From Octopus vulgaris (lineage: Eukaryota), in NCBI GenBank assembly GCA_951406725.2, contig OX597821.1, positions 38,006,001-38,070,000 of the forward strand: DNA of 64,000 bases, in the 5' to 3' direction. How positions within the stretch are numbered: position 1 is the stretch's first letter; every line of letters begins with the position of its first letter. This document shows positions 1 to 14,050 of this stretch, one piece after another. The position numbers and the translations under genes are program-made. A model generated the notes under the pieces. It made no database searches and was not told the DNA's origin. It worked only from the letters and a program-made list of their open reading frames with translations.

Positions 1-4
1 ACAG

Positions 5-295
5 TAACGAAGCCTCGAATCGTGGATTTTAAGAACAAACGCGTGAATCCCGGAGAATATACGGTTTTCAACTGCACTATTTCAGCCTTTCCTACTCCTC
101 GGCGAAACGATATTACTCTCAAGAGCTCTGTTAAGAAACAAATTACATTAAGTGAATCTCACGAACTAAAAACATTCAAAAATAGTCGGGCCAATATTTT
201 TAAAGTAAATTCTGTGGCCCAAAATGAGAAATATACATGTTATATGGATGGCGAGTCTGGTAAGACGTCTCTTACGATTCCTGTCGACCTGTATG
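5..295 (+). CDS. Exon 1 in window: Ig-like domain of an RPTP-like cell-surface receptor
   Basis: Open frame TKPRIVDFKNKRVNPGEYTVFNCTISAFPTP...EKYTCYMDGESGKTSLTIPVDLY with the Ig Cys pair (FNC...YTC). Donor G|gtgagt at 296, phase 1. The acceptor cag at 2-4 is at the window edge and less certain. Confidence 0.85.
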
Positions 296-1720
296 GTGAG
301 TCTTTTCTTTTTTAAGTTTCATTGGAATTTTTTTTGAAAGTTTACAGATGTAATCACCTCTAATATAGATTCCAAGGCCAGAAATTTCGGGCGTTGGATA
401 ACTGGTACTTATTTTATCGACTGCAAAGAGATGACAGGTGATGTCGATCCTGGCGGTATTTGAATTCAGAACGTAAAGTCGAAAGAAATGCCCCTAAGCA
501 TTTTGTCCGTAACGATTCTTCTAGCTCGCCGTTTTAGTCATCTCTAGGAATGATTCTATATTTTAAAGTGAGTCTTGTAATAAAAATGCCAGTAAATATG
601 TCTGAGCTTTACTTCTCAAGAACGAAATCTCTCTTACATAGCATTGTAGTTCAGAAGGGTGTTCGCTTTTTGTCTGAAACTCCAACAATATTCAATATTA
701 CAATTTCAGAAATAAACAGTTTCAGTGCCGACGTCTATTCGAATCACTACATCTCTTTATACTCCTATCAGTATCACACTTTGGACATTTTGTTTATGGC
801 ACGCAGCTCATTAAAAGTATGAAGTACACCTCTTAGAAACATTAGTAAGAGACAAGCGATGACGATATTCAGAAACGTCTTGCTGCTTGCATAATTCAGG
901 AGCATCAGCTCAGACTAATTGGTCATGTAGTACGATTTTCAGTATTGTATTCTGCATAACGTGTCCTCTTCTCTGAGGATCTGGCTGGGGTGACGGTTAT
1001 TAGTCGGCTACGTGCCACATAGTCACGGTGTTTAGGCAAATCTTCTCACCAAGAAGGGGACTGACAACGACATTGCTCGGAATGTTTCCAGGGACGAGCA
1101 GAGAAAATACCGACAAAAAGAGGTTGTAGCGACACGCTTCACTCATACCTGACCTGGCCTTTTACAAACAATAAATTGTTTAAATTAGACCATTCGTTAT
1201 ATACTTTCCTAATTAGTGAAAGTCAATCACCTTGTGCAATAGTCGTAATTGAAAATATTGATAGCTGTTTAATGGGACGTTTTATATCACGTTTTCTTCT
1301 ATTTTTTGAAATGCTAACTTTACTTCCTTTAGAAATTCTTGCACAAGTTCCCATCAAGACTGATCTGTAAATCATGCAGAAATTGTTAAATTTATTGATC
1401 TCTATCGTGCTTCACAAATGCCCTACATTTGTTGACAAATAGAAATACAATAGTGTGCTGTCCTTATAGGTCCCAAAGGTTTAACAGGCGTCATTGAAAT
1501 AATTATCGTTCAACGAAGAATGAGAAGATTTTCACAATCTCAGCTGAAATACTCAAGAAGCTATTAAATAATTGATTCCACTGCTAAGAAATTGGTTTCT
1601 GTATCAGATTATCCCAATGAAATTTCAACTCCGGTTGTACTGAAACTAAATTAAGTACAGCAAATCGTTTAACAAGACACTCTCAGTGTTTGAGTTGTTA
1701 ATGTCCTTTCAAATATTAAC

Positions 1721-1935
1721 GCGGCAAGCTGCTGGCAGAATCATTTGCACGTCAGGCAGAATGTCCAGCAGCATTTCGTCCATTTTTACGTTCTGAGTTC
1801 ATATGGCGCCGGGATCGACTTTACCTTTCATCCTTTCAAGGTTGATTAAACAAGTAGCAGCTGACCAATGGGGTCGATGTATTTGGCTTATCTTCTTCCC
1901 AGAAACTGCAGACCACGTGCCAAAATTCGAAACGA
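1721..1935 (+). mobile_element. Short interspersed repeat (third family); diverged copies at about 370-532, 3935-4275 and 21870-22075 on the minus strand
   Basis: Blocks gctggcagaatc...gcatttc...ttctgagttca...gtcgac/tttcatcctt...ggggtcgat are shared among the copies. Confidence 0.65.
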
Positions 1936-2039
1936 AAATCTTAAAAAATTTTCTTTACTTAAAATACAATAGTGTTATGGTTCTACGCTCGATCTCTCTT
2001 TAAAGTAGATATACTCCCACATTCATTAGATTTAATATA

Positions 2040-3002
2040 TACAAGGGGTACCCAAAAAGAAACCGGAATTTTAAAATATTATTTTATTCACTTAGTTTTA
2101 CATGTTTACACATTTATCGCCTTCAAAGAATTCTCCATTTTAAGTAAAGAATCGGCTCAGGGGTGTTTTTCACTGTCGTGATGACATCACTTTGCCACAG
2201 GTTGGGGCGTTTTCGTCTCACCATATCTCGCAAATACTTAAGAATTCCCTAGTAAAATATCTGGTTAACAATTTGACCAAGAGGAACAAATTGTGTGGAC
2301 AATTTCTTTCGCATCGATGAAACAAATCAGTATCGTCTTGTAGCCGTAGCACCATCTTTCATCACCAGTGATGACCTTCGAAAAAAGACCCGGATCAACT
2401 TCCAACCGTTCTTTCAATTCATAACACGCATCCAGTCATGACTGCTTTTGATCTTTCCTGAGCAAGCGAGCTATAAATTTTGCTGCAACCCTTTTCTTTC
2501 ACAATTCCTCGCTCCAAATTCGTTGGTAGGAGCTCCAGGACACACCAGTCATATCAACAAGTTAGGCAACTGTTCGGTGATGGTCCTCCAAGATCAGTTC
2601 ACGAATTTTCGTGATGATTTCATTCGTTCGAGAGGCCAACGGTCGTCCTGAACGAGTTTGGTCTTCAATCGAAAAGTGCCTATTCCTAAAGCATGAAAAC
2701 CATTCATAAACTTGTGTTCTGCTCAAGGCAGCGTCTTTTTAAGCTATTTGAAGTATGACAAAACAGAATTTCACAGAAACACGCTGTTCCTTCGCTTCAG
2801 CCCGTCTCAAAAACCGACGATCAGGGTAGAAGCACTGCAAAACAAAGACGCACCACATTCTTGTACGGCCTCACCGGATGACGCTGGTTGGTAGACTGAT
2901 GCTTGAGGGTCGCATCAAGTGGCTTCTATCGGTGAAAATCTGAACTACAACGAGCTTCTCCCACAGATAACGTTTCCGGCTACATTTGGGTGCTTCCTCG
3001 TA
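2040..3002 (-). mobile_element. Internally deleted mariner transposon relic
   Basis: Imperfect TIRs TACAAGGGGTACCCAAAAAGAAACCGGAA / TTCCGGCTACATTTGGGTGCTTCCTCGTA with TA ends. The minus strand near 2340-2385 encodes KVITGDERWCYGY (mariner ITGDEKW motif). Confidence 0.8.
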
Positions 3003-5497
3003 CACTATTGATACCCATCGCCTTACTTTTTTGTGGGGTGATTTTATAACATAAAGGGCTGAATATTTTATTTAAGATTTTCTTGTCACGTTCACTTTCA
3101 TTCACCTTTTTACTGTCTTTTTCTATCTTCTTGTAATTTCCTTTTGTTTTCCCTCTCGTAGATTCCTTTATTTGTTCCATCATTTGTGCTGGTAGATATT
3201 GTATTTAAAATATACACAGAGAAACTTGTGTCAGTTCCGGAAATGATTTATTACATTTCCATCAGTATTGATCTGAAAAGTTTCTTGTACATTATTCTAA
3301 ATAACGTGTTATTGGTGAGGGTTTGGGTCAGGCCATCGGACTAAGGACCATATCCGAGGTTGAAAGTGTCTTAATTCGTTTTACTGTTTTCCAGTGCCGT
3401 TCTTGATTACAATATAAGCAATCATCAAGTAATACGTAATAAACGTAATTTCCATTAAAATAAATTACTTATACATTTAAACGAGGTAAAATAATTCGTA
3501 AGTAATTCATTCTTCTATTTTTTTATTATGACAAGAGTAATGGAGAAAAAATATATTGGTCTTTTTTTCCCTTTATTGTCCCCTATAAGAGCAAACATAA
3601 TTATAAATTACATTCAAAGATCATATTTCCCCCCAAATATATTGATTATTTCAGGAATGAATTGTGCACGGAAACCTCTTTGATCAGAAATGTACCAAAT
3701 TAATAGAAGTTAATATTTCCACTAATCACTGGAAGTGAAATTTTAATCAGAAAATTCCATAATGTGTTTTCATGTTATTTTTATTTACTTGAAATATATA
3801 TTGTTCTCAGATATCATTATGCTTCGTATATTTTAGAACAATTCTTATGTTTTGGACTTCTAAATCTTTCTGAAGTGAACGATGGTTCCATCATTAGTCC
3901 CCTCGAATTTGCTGGTCTGATACCTAAACTATTAAAGTTGTTTCAAATTTGGCACAAGGTCAGCAATGACGGTGAAGGGTTTGTCGATTACATCGACCTC
4001 CGTACTTCACTGATACTTTACTTTATTGGCCGCGACAGGATGAAAGACAAAGTTGCCATCAGTAGAATTTGATACCAGAGCGTCATTTCTACAGGATCTT
4101 TATCCACAGAAATGCCGTTCAGTATTTTGCCCGGGGTGAAAACTTTTCTGCCATCTCACAGACTTAATAATAATCATTTCTACTATAGGCTCAAAGCCTG
4201 AAATTTTAGGGGACGGGGCATAGCCGATTTCATCAACCCCAGTAATTGACAGGTACTTATTTTATCGACCCCGGAAGAGCTGAGTGATTTAACACTACCG
4301 GACTGGTTCTTCCCCCCTACCTAACTGTTTGCTAACTAGTTGGATATTTGCACAAAATTGCATTGTTTTATGTTTTTCCTGTTATGATAAGTACATATAT
4401 CCCCACACCCACTTACGTGTACACACATACACGCACACATACATAATGGACGTAAAATATGGACACTGGTAACTTCTAAATTAATGCTTTAGTTCAGCCA
4501 GCGACTTCCAACTCAAACTGCCTGTATTTGTCGATAATACTGTAGCTGCGTACATTATTGTTTCTGTTGGCTAATATGTCGATTCAAGTGCTTTCAGAAA
4601 TATATGGCAGACAAAACACAAAACCCTTATAACCATGTAAATCTCGACTGATCCTAACACAGGCTCATGTCCGCTTATACATAAATAAAGTCGAAGGATA
4701 AGGTCTAAAAGTTGAATTGGAAACAATAAATATAAATATTGTGGTAGCGAGTTGAAAAAAAAACTTCTTATAACTGAGATTGTCCAAGTTTGCTTTCGGG
4801 TTATTTCAGATCTAAAAACAGCAAGCAATAAGAGACAACTTCGAGATCAGTTGATTGACGTTTATGGTCAATATAGACGACGTAAATTTCATTAGATGTT
4901 GTCTGTAGAACCGACCTTTGAAAGGAACGAATATGTTTTGTTATTACTGGACCTCACTCAATTTGCACGTGTATTCTACTCAATTTGCACGTGTAAGAGA
5001 AAGAACTACACACACACACACACACACTCACATACATTGCTTCCCGAATGTGTTTAGTTGAGGTTTTCATGCAAAGGCTCACCCCAATTACAACAGCAGC
5101 TCTAATTTGATTGCCGGCCATGGCTTAGAGACGCCAAGTTCGCCCTATGTAGCTTGCTGCAGGACACCCACGGATGCAGAGCTTACATCGCTCTATGCAG
5201 GGCAGGGGTGGCACCAGTTCCCTGGGATGTCCACATCGACAGCGACATAGAGAAGTTCACATGGACAGTGCATACATGTCGTATGGACAGATTCACTCTA
5301 ATAATGATAATAACAACAGCAACACTTCTCAGAGCGTTGGGTCTTCTTTGCTGTGGTAGAATCCTAGCTGTCACAATAGAGCAGTTTTGGGGCTTGCTCT
5401 GCTCTCATGTCAATTCCGATTTCTCTGACATATATCTCGAACTTGGTTGTTATTGCTCTGAGTGCCCCTACAACTACTAGAATGACAGATACACTCC

Positions 5498-5775
5498 TCA
5501 TAACCACATTCTTGCAATTTCGTCTTTTAGTAGATTGTATTTTTCAATCTTTTCTAGTTCTTTGTCACTTAAGTGTGCATCCCCAGGTATTGCAATATCT
5601 ATTGTTTTGGTTTCCCTTTTTCCTCTATCTACCACAACAATATCTGGTCTCCGAGCATCGATTAGTGAGTCACATTGGATTGTAAAATCCCACAATATTA
5701 TATATTCTTTGTGCTCAGTGACTCCTTCTGGCTCATGTTCGTACAATTTTCCATGCTCTGTTCAGACCGTACTTT
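5498..5775 (-). mobile_element. Dong/R4-like LINE endonuclease fragment
   Basis: ILWDFTIQCDSLIDARRPDIVVVD...IDIAIPGD...KELEKIEKY (PD..D REL motif). Confidence 0.8.
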
Positions 5776-5825
5776 CCACGTAACCTCAAGTGGAAAAACT
5801 TAGCCTCGTTTCATGTACCATCCCA

Positions 5826-6003
5826 GTCGTCGTCGTCGTCGTCGTCGTCGTCTTCTTCTTCTTCTTCTTCTTCTTCTTCTTCTTCTTCTTCTTCTTCTTC
5901 TTCTTCTTCTTCTTCTTCTTCTTCTTCTTCTTCCTCTTCCTCTTCCCCCTCTCTTCTTCTTCTTCTTCTTCTTCTTCTTCTTCTTCTTCTTCTTCTTCTT
6001 TTT
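5826..6003. repeat. Compound microsatellite (GTC)n(TTC)n
   Basis: Direct reading. Confidence 0.98.
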
Positions 6004-8345
6004 CGTCTTTAATGACTATCTCTGGTCGATTATCCTGGATCGTTATTATTATTACTGAATGAGTGACATTGGGGTAAAATATACGAAGCCTAGTTTACCT
6101 ATCATAACTACCCGTCTGATGAGGGTACACCTCGCACATGCATCACAACCACATGTGCGCGACATGGTGGTCTCATATCAAGATAAACAGCGTATGACTT
6201 TGCAGGTGAAGCCCAGTGAGGATTTTCTTCAGGTTGAGTAGCCCATTCTCAAAAGGTTGTTGAATAAGGGTTGTTTAAGGATGATGAACAAAACACTAAG
6301 AGACATGCTCAACTAGTTATGGTAAAACAGCTGACAAGCAAATCTGGTTTTGAGCAGAATATTTGCTGTAGCCCATCTTTTATACCAAGACAAAACATTG
6401 TACATGATAACACTTCCAATCAGTTAAGATCAAAAGCTATGAGAGCCACTACTTGGTACTGCGTCAGGGCATCTCATTTATTTTTACCTGATTCATAACG
6501 GCGATTTGTCCCCATACATCCGTAAAGAGTATCTCTCTTTAAGGACAATTGTTTATCTCCAGTGCATTCCTTATCAAAAAGACCTTCCCTTAAAGGAATT
6601 GAACCTTGAATAGCTTCATAATTTTTACAGATGTACATGTTTGAATTATTCAATGTGTCCCAGCTTATATAAGAAACTATAATGTGCTTGAAGAATATTT
6701 GGCTGCTAATATTAGCAGATCGAGCGACCATCGAGAGGCTCCTCCATTGGCATGTTGTGTTTTGGAAATGTTTCTGTAATTTTGAAGAGCACTCACCCGC
6801 CGATTTACTCTCATAGCTCCAGTTTAAGTTTAGATACGAAGCAGATATTTCTGTATGGAACTTGGCTTTTTACAAAGTGTTTAAACTGTAATTAATCCGG
6901 CTTCTTTTCTGATTTATTATAATCGGTTCTTTAATCGACGTATAAAATTTTGTTAAATCTTTGTATTAAGTACAAAAGTTACGAAATGTTGACTTAAGTT
7001 TATTTTATGCATTTTTCGTTATAATTTCTTAGTTTCAAAATAAATTTGTAATCCCACCAAATGTCATGACGGAATGATTATTTCCCTTGAAATAACTGTC
7101 CATAACACGTGTTTGAAATGCTTTATACATTCTATTAATATAACTGGAAGAAGAATAGGACAAGAATTCACTGCTACTTCTAGCGTGTTGAGTGTCAGCT
7201 CGTAAACTCCATTATAGTTTTAGTCGACAACCAGCCAATATATTGCTCTCCTGCATACATCACATGCATCATGAACAAAACAACATATTAATGTTTCTCT
7301 ATTTTAACACACAATATGTTCTAACATCAGATGATATTCCACTATTTTTATAATTTATATGATATGCACAAAATATATTGTGTTTAAACAATGCTAAAAA
7401 TACGAGCCATTCTGTTGAATTACAGCAGGTATTCACATGTTACCGTCCATATAAATTAAATAACCTATTGCCCTCAAACAAAACTACCATTTTCTTTTGT
7501 AAATTGTATGATTACAATTTGGAACATAACTAAAGTGGGCTTGCCTCATGAATTTAGATGATAGTTTGTATAGGTGGTTGTGTACGTAGAGAATTCTAAA
7601 TGACGTGAAATTTTCCAAGAAAATAATTTCACGGGGGTAAGTATAATGACTTTCAGACAAAAGCAGAGACAATTTGTAAAACTTAAGAACAAATTTCACA
7701 AAAAAATTGCATTTTCCTATTTTGTGGGAAATTTAGTCTTTGTTACAGACTTGTTCCGATCACATTAGACTTTTTTAGCGACGCATAGTATAAACGAGTA
7801 GAAACGTCTTTTGGACAATAAACATGAGACAAGGGAAATAACTCATGTGGAACAATGGCGTGAACTTTGATAATTCATGCGAAGTGGAGTGGTGATCAGA
7901 AGAGTATACGTTGATATGTATGTTTTAAAAATATCAAACAATTAAAACAGAGTAATATGTTAATTATATATTTGATCTTATTAAGTATAAACAGTTTTGA
8001 AACAAACAGTTCATTCAAACACAATCACTTTTCATTGTTTATTATGTATGTCTTTGTAGTTCACTGTTTTTTCACACATAACCATAATGGTATCAATTCG
8101 ATTGTTTATTTTAATGGTGCAATTAGCTGCTGTCGATATTTACCAGTGCAGTGATTACTGTTTTGCTTATTTCTATATTTTTGTATGTCTCTCATTTCAT
8201 ATCACCATACAACAGGGTATCTACAAGTGACGTATACATATCCGTTTTATATACATGCCATTTTTGGTTCATTTCTTTCTTAAAGGAATACTTATAAATT
8301 TAGATTTGTTTCTGATTACATAAGTAAAATTAATTTTATTTAAGA

Positions 8346-9509
8346 CTAGCAGCATAGCCCGGCGTTGCCCGGGTATGTAAGAGCCCCTAGTAGGCAACGA
8401 CTAATCCCAATCTAGTCCTTTCCCTCTAGGGAACGAAGGCGCATGTGTAGGTTGCAATGTCTTCTCTTCACTCCCAAATAACTATGAAACAGCTATCGAT
8501 AATTCAACCCAACCAATTCCTACCAGGAAGAAATTACATTCGAGACTTTACCCCCAACACCGATACTTCTGCTAATAGCTGATGCAGCCGCAAGTTATTC
8601 GAATACTTTTTTTGTTTAAACTTTCTTTATAACTACCACCCCAAACGTTTTACCTTAAAATTTTGACGTACCCTAAGGGTCCTCGAACGCTACTTGCAAA
8701 CTCTTGGTTTATCATAAACCGCTTTTGTCGTGTGCACCGAAAAACTTTTTCCATTCGTTTGTTCAGTTTGGTCACTTTTGACTTTTTCGTTGTTGTCACT
8801 CACATTGCTGCCCGCTTTTTTGCCGATTTTGTACACTTTTATACATTTTGGGATACTTACCCCACGTGTTCCGAGAGTTAAAAAGGTCGAGTTGCGTCCC
8901 TTAGACAGTCTGTGGTTTGTGTTTAATACACAAATCGGTTTGCTATGTGTGCCACATATGATTTAATTAACCGATTTTTTCCAGTAATAAAGTATCCTAT
9001 TGGAATAAAAAGGGCCATATAGCTCCTTGGAGCAGACATGATGCTCGCTGTGAATTAAAAAAAAATTCCTGCCAATTTGTGAAAGATATTGTCGAAAATA
9101 TGTCATCTTGAATTTGAACGCGATTTCCCAAAATGGCATGATTTTATCGATTTGTTTCTGATGGTAAGGTATTACATGAAAAACTAACGTCAGAAATAAG
9201 TTTCTTAGGGTAACATTAAGCTTCACCATGAGTTTGGTGAAAATCGATTGCAAGTTGCGAAAACTACAACAGAAAATGTGTTGCATATAAAAAGCTTAGA
9301 TTCTCGACCCCATGTCGAATTTATCGATTATTTTCAGAACTGGGGGAACTTTTCAAAATTTTCGCTGCGTTAGTTTTGAATTATGACATTGGGCTATGTG
9401 TGTGTCAAGTTTCATCAGAATCGGTTGAAAGCCGTGGTCAGGGTGAGGGTACAACCTGACAGACACACAGACACACAGACAGACAAACTGCCGTTTATAT
9501 AGAGAGAGA
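8346..9509 (-). mobile_element. Non-autonomous Helitron (1164 bp)
   Basis: The minus strand starts A|TCTCTCTCTATATAAAC and ends CCCGGGCAACGCCGGG (GC hairpin)-ctatgctg-CTAG|T. This gives 5' TC, a 3' hairpin plus CTAG, insertion in an AT dinucleotide and no TSD. Confidence 0.8.
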
Positions 9510-10508
9510 TGCATGGCAATGTAGGTAAAAAAACAAACAATGCAATAAAATATTAGAAAGAAGGAAGGAGCATAAGAAAACAGGTTCCATTAATGGTCTG
9601 TATAAGTGTAGAAATATGAATATATAGTTTTGTGTATTTCATGGAGAGAAACAGTGTTTAGATTTGTAAGTAACGTACGTTTAAATAGAACTAATATATG
9701 TACTGGGGTCCTGCATCATACGTCACCTACACAATTCAGATTCACAAAATAGATACACAGCCAGAGAATCACTTTTCCTCAACAGGTCCCGTTCTATTTA
9801 ACATTAACCCAAAAAGAAATCAAAGAAAAATATCCCTTCACCTTCAAGCGATACAGGGACAAATTTCTTCAAGGAATATCATACAAGCCACCTGTACTCG
9901 GATATACCTCAGTCAATAACGACTCCCTACTTGTAAGAGCCATACTACCTCAAAACTCCACTTAACAATTACTTAACAGAATCCGTCATGTGGAGCTATG
10001 AAGTTAGTCAATCTCTCCTTTTCCTTGAAGGCAGCATGCGTTGCTGGCAAAATTGGCTTTCATGTTTTAGTGTTATTGAAGTAGTGTTCATAATTACAAT
10101 GTTCTTTTATCGCTACTGGAACTAAAATCTAAGTTACGTAAATGTTAACTCATGCTCAAACGATGATGGTAATCAATGTGAACTCTCAGATTGACGTATT
10201 TTTTCATTCGAAAATATTTGCTATTTTAATCTTGAAAATTATCCAACTTTCTTTGACTGGCAATAACTGATAAATTGTAGCATTATTGAAGAACATGGAA
10301 CATAATTTCCGTTTGCTAAATAAAGGAAACCAAAGAAAAAAAGATGACAATATATAATATGAATATTACTTTGAGTAATCTGGGGATTAATAATTCTTGA
10401 TGTTTTGTTAACTCGATGACATATAAAGATTGTGCCCAGACCTTTAGAAACTTATTTGAAAGTATATAAACGACATATTTAGATTAAGATCAATTTTTTC
10501 TGTAAAAT

Positions 10509-10559
<51 letters not shown>

Positions 10560-11952
10560 ACACTTTCTGTACACAGTACGACAAATAATTCTACTTATAG
10601 ATGTATGGATGCTGTGTACATTTTTGTAGTATAAATTCAAAATTAATGAGGGAATATCATGAAGATCTTGGAGAATGTCAACATTTCAAGTCCCTCTACA
10701 TAATCGACGGTACGTAGTAAGCATCAAGATGCTTAGTAACGGTAAAGAAAGGAGAATCTCTCACATTCTCTATTACCGTCCTACAAACTAGTGGTCACCT
10801 TTACTTATTCTTAAGAGAGACTCTACCTCCCACGTAGTTTTGGTTCTATAAATAAAACAATATATTCACTTCGATTGACTTCATACAGATATTAGATATA
10901 CTCTTTATTATTCTGCATAATACTTACTGTATTATATGTATAAATCACAGAGGAAACTTTATTGGGCCACTCTACCGCCTAGAAATAGTAGACAGCAACT
11001 ACCTCAGTACCCATCAAACTACCTTAACTAAACGAGGACGCTGTTAAGTCATCTTAAGCTTTAACACACTGCATTTTCTTTAGAATTGTTTCACCTGCCC
11101 TGTTACTACAGGGGCGGGGAACTCATACGGTGACATGTGTTATTGAAGTGTACTAAAGGTTAAAAAATACCCTTTAATTCTTCGTCATCGACAACGGATC
11201 GACACAGGATCATCTGAAACGCACCATCTCGACGGTGACTTACAGCTTTATCAGTTTTTTTGTTGTTGTCTAGTATGACAATAAAGCCCCCTAGCTGTTA
11301 CTGGATGGTTAATGTCTTAACGGACAATATAGTCTTAATAATCAGTATACAGGTTGAAAGATGGCAAATTCAAATCCATTGGAGGTAGTCGTTGTGTTCC
11401 TAAATGACATTTTCGGTTTTGTACAGTTACGGACAAAATTTCGAACCGATGTTGTAGCAATGTTTACAAAATAGATCAAAACTTCCTTTCGAGGAGGATA
11501 TTTATTTATCCTCTGCATTTTACAAGGAAGCCAGATATATGGAGCACACCTTGAAAGCTAATAACGCTTAAAAATTTATGTTTACGCATTGAATGATTTC
11601 TTTTCCGCATTCATTTCTTCTGTCTGCAACCATGGTTTTTATTGTAAATAGCCAGAACACTTGCTGATTTTCATGACTGTTATCTTAGATTTGTTGGCTT
11701 CTCTTGGATAACTTCTAGGTCGATATCCACGTGTTGAAAAACGTAGCAATAGAACTTTCACTTTCATTTATATCAGTTCGTTGAATATGTCACAATATTT
11801 TAATTTAGACCTATTCGGATATTATATAACCACTCTGCCTGACTCATTTCAGTTAATTCGTAGAAATCGATATATATATATATCGATATATACCTACGAG
11901 TGAGTGGTCAAACTAAAAAAGGTCACTCAACGAATTTATTGGGAGTTACATG

Positions 11953-12243
11953 TATGGATCAAATCAGTTTGATTCAAATTCGTTGGTACTCTTGGGTTTC
12001 TAGGGTCATGTTAGTCATCAGCTATTTTGAATTTGAATGACAAACGTTGATTGTTATTACCGTAAGGTGGGCTGTGATTGGTCGAGGAAGGAAGGTCACG
12101 CGGTGTCGTGGTATGATGTTGGTATATGGGTAACAGTTAGTTGGAAAGTACCTCATGGCGAACTGTCATTCAAATTAAGAATGGCTAACGACTAGCATCA
12201 CGCTTACAAGGCGTACCAACGAATTTAAATCATATTATTCTGA

Positions 12244-12250
<7 letters not shown>
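11953..12250. mobile_element. MITE-like element
   Basis: Roughly 35-bp imperfect terminal inverted repeats (...TGATTCAAATTCGTTGGTAC / GTACCAACGAATTTAAATCA...) in a TA context, no ORF. Confidence 0.6.
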
Positions 12251-12282
<32 letters not shown>

Positions 12283-12435
12283 CACACACACACATACAGA
12301 TTTCAGTCGATAACTGATGAAGAATTAGTGTCCTTCTGTGTCTGTCCTATGTGTACGTTTTTTTTTTTAGTATTTAATATATTTTCCATTCATGGAATAA
12401 CTGAACAGCGCGCATCTCGACTTTCGTCAACAGTA

Positions 12436-12481
<46 letters not shown>

Positions 12482-13617
12482 TATATAATTATGTATATAT
12501 GTTTGTATACACGCATACATAAATTCAGGCAGAGAAAACAAAACACACATGAATCTTAATCTCATGATTTATTCAGTTTTGACCCTGCTAAACTTTGTTC
12601 CTGGACCTGATAAGTATTATATGCTTTTTTCACTAATATCCACCGTGCACCGACACTGTCTCCCTTTTCCAAGCTGTAATTCTCACAATCTTATTTGTTA
12701 AAGTAATTTTATAATGCTGATTCTATAAGGAGAAGCTTCTGGTTTCCAGTTCTAGTATTGCATATGTTTCTTAATTACGTAATTATGAAATTAATATAAC
12801 GCGTGTGTAATTACATACAATTACAGAAGTGTGTATGTGTGTTTATGGTTGCGTATATCTATATAGTTCCCACTATAAATGAGTGATTCTGACTGTCTCT
12901 ATGTGAGTAAGTACTAACGCAACAATGATTTTACATTCAAGATTGGTTAACAATACTGAAATAAAACGATCAATCATTGCCAATGAGAGAAATATCTAAA
13001 GCAATATAATCATGAAGAGAAAATAAACATTGATAACCTCTGCAAAGATAAGAGAAAGTTGTTACTCCAATCTATGATGGTTGTCATTCGCTGATAGCTG
13101 ATTGGAAATAAAAGAACTTATGGCTAAAAAGTTTTTAAGCAGACGTTATTCACGTGGGAATACTTCAGTGTGTATACATAGATGTTAGTTTCAATTTTTC
13201 TCACGAGTAAATCGAGTCATATTTACAACCGACCATAAATTCACGTCTGTTTACGTTTATATCTTCGGTGCAAAAGTGAGATCTCAACGCTGAATGGGAA
13301 ATGGTAATGTCCATGACGACTAGATCAAGTTTATGATCTTCCATATAACGTAAATGTACGTAATGTACGATGACTGTAATGATTTCCATGTGTGTGTGTA
13401 TGAATTCGTGTGTGTGTGTATGTGTGTTTGAGCATATATACCTACATACATACACACGCGTGTTATAAAGAATAGCTGTGGATACAATAAGAATGTATAC
13501 AGATTGATTATATGATTTGAATGTGTGGAAAAATATATATCTAACCTTCCCTATTTGACGCTAGATTTTGCATAAAGTATCACGTAATAAGTAGTGTACT
13601 GTTTATTGTTTAACTAA

Positions 13618-13920
13618 TGGTTGTTTGTTCCTTCTCGAGCCACGCCTGGCTCATAGAGCCGGTTTCCCGGTTTCCTTGGTGTATAGGTTCCCCACCTGGG
13701 CGGGACACCGGTCCATCGCAGGTGAGCTGCAAGATGCAGGAGGAAAGCGTGAGAGAAAGTTGTGGCGAAAGAGTCAGCAGAAGTTCGCCATTACCTTCTA
13801 CCGGAGCCGCGTGGAGCGTAGGTGTTTCGCTCATAAACACACACATCGCCCGGTCTGAGATTTGAACCTGCGATCCCTCGACCGCGAGTCCGCTGCTCTA
13901 ACCACCAGGCCATGGGACTC
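13618..13920 (-). mobile_element. tRNA-derived SINE (second family)
   Basis: Minus-strand head CATGGCCTGGTGGTTAGAGCAGCGGACTCGCGGTCGAGGGATCGCAGGTTCAAATCTC (A and B boxes), GC-rich body, GAACAAACAAC tail. Confidence 0.75.
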
Positions 13921-14050
13921 CATTTAACTAATGGTGCGCTGTTAAAATTTCAAACAGTAACTTTAGATACCGAAAGTATGGAAGGAATGGGCTGACAGAT
14001 TGGTTTTGTATTACATTTCATTTCAATTACACCATATTGTGAATAAAATG

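Noticed and set aside
6110-6145. CTGATGA followed by GG-gtaca-CC hairpin
   Set aside because: No GAAA follows the stem, so the hammerhead core is incomplete. It is part of an unclassified interspersed repeat.
7749-7800. Candidate acceptor ttgttacag in intron 1
   Set aside because: There is an in-frame stop after six codons in the required phase, and exon 1 already joins exon 2 in frame.
13850-13920. tRNA-like sequence on the minus strand
   Set aside because: The acceptor stem does not close and it continues into a SINE body, so it is a SINE head rather than a tRNA gene.
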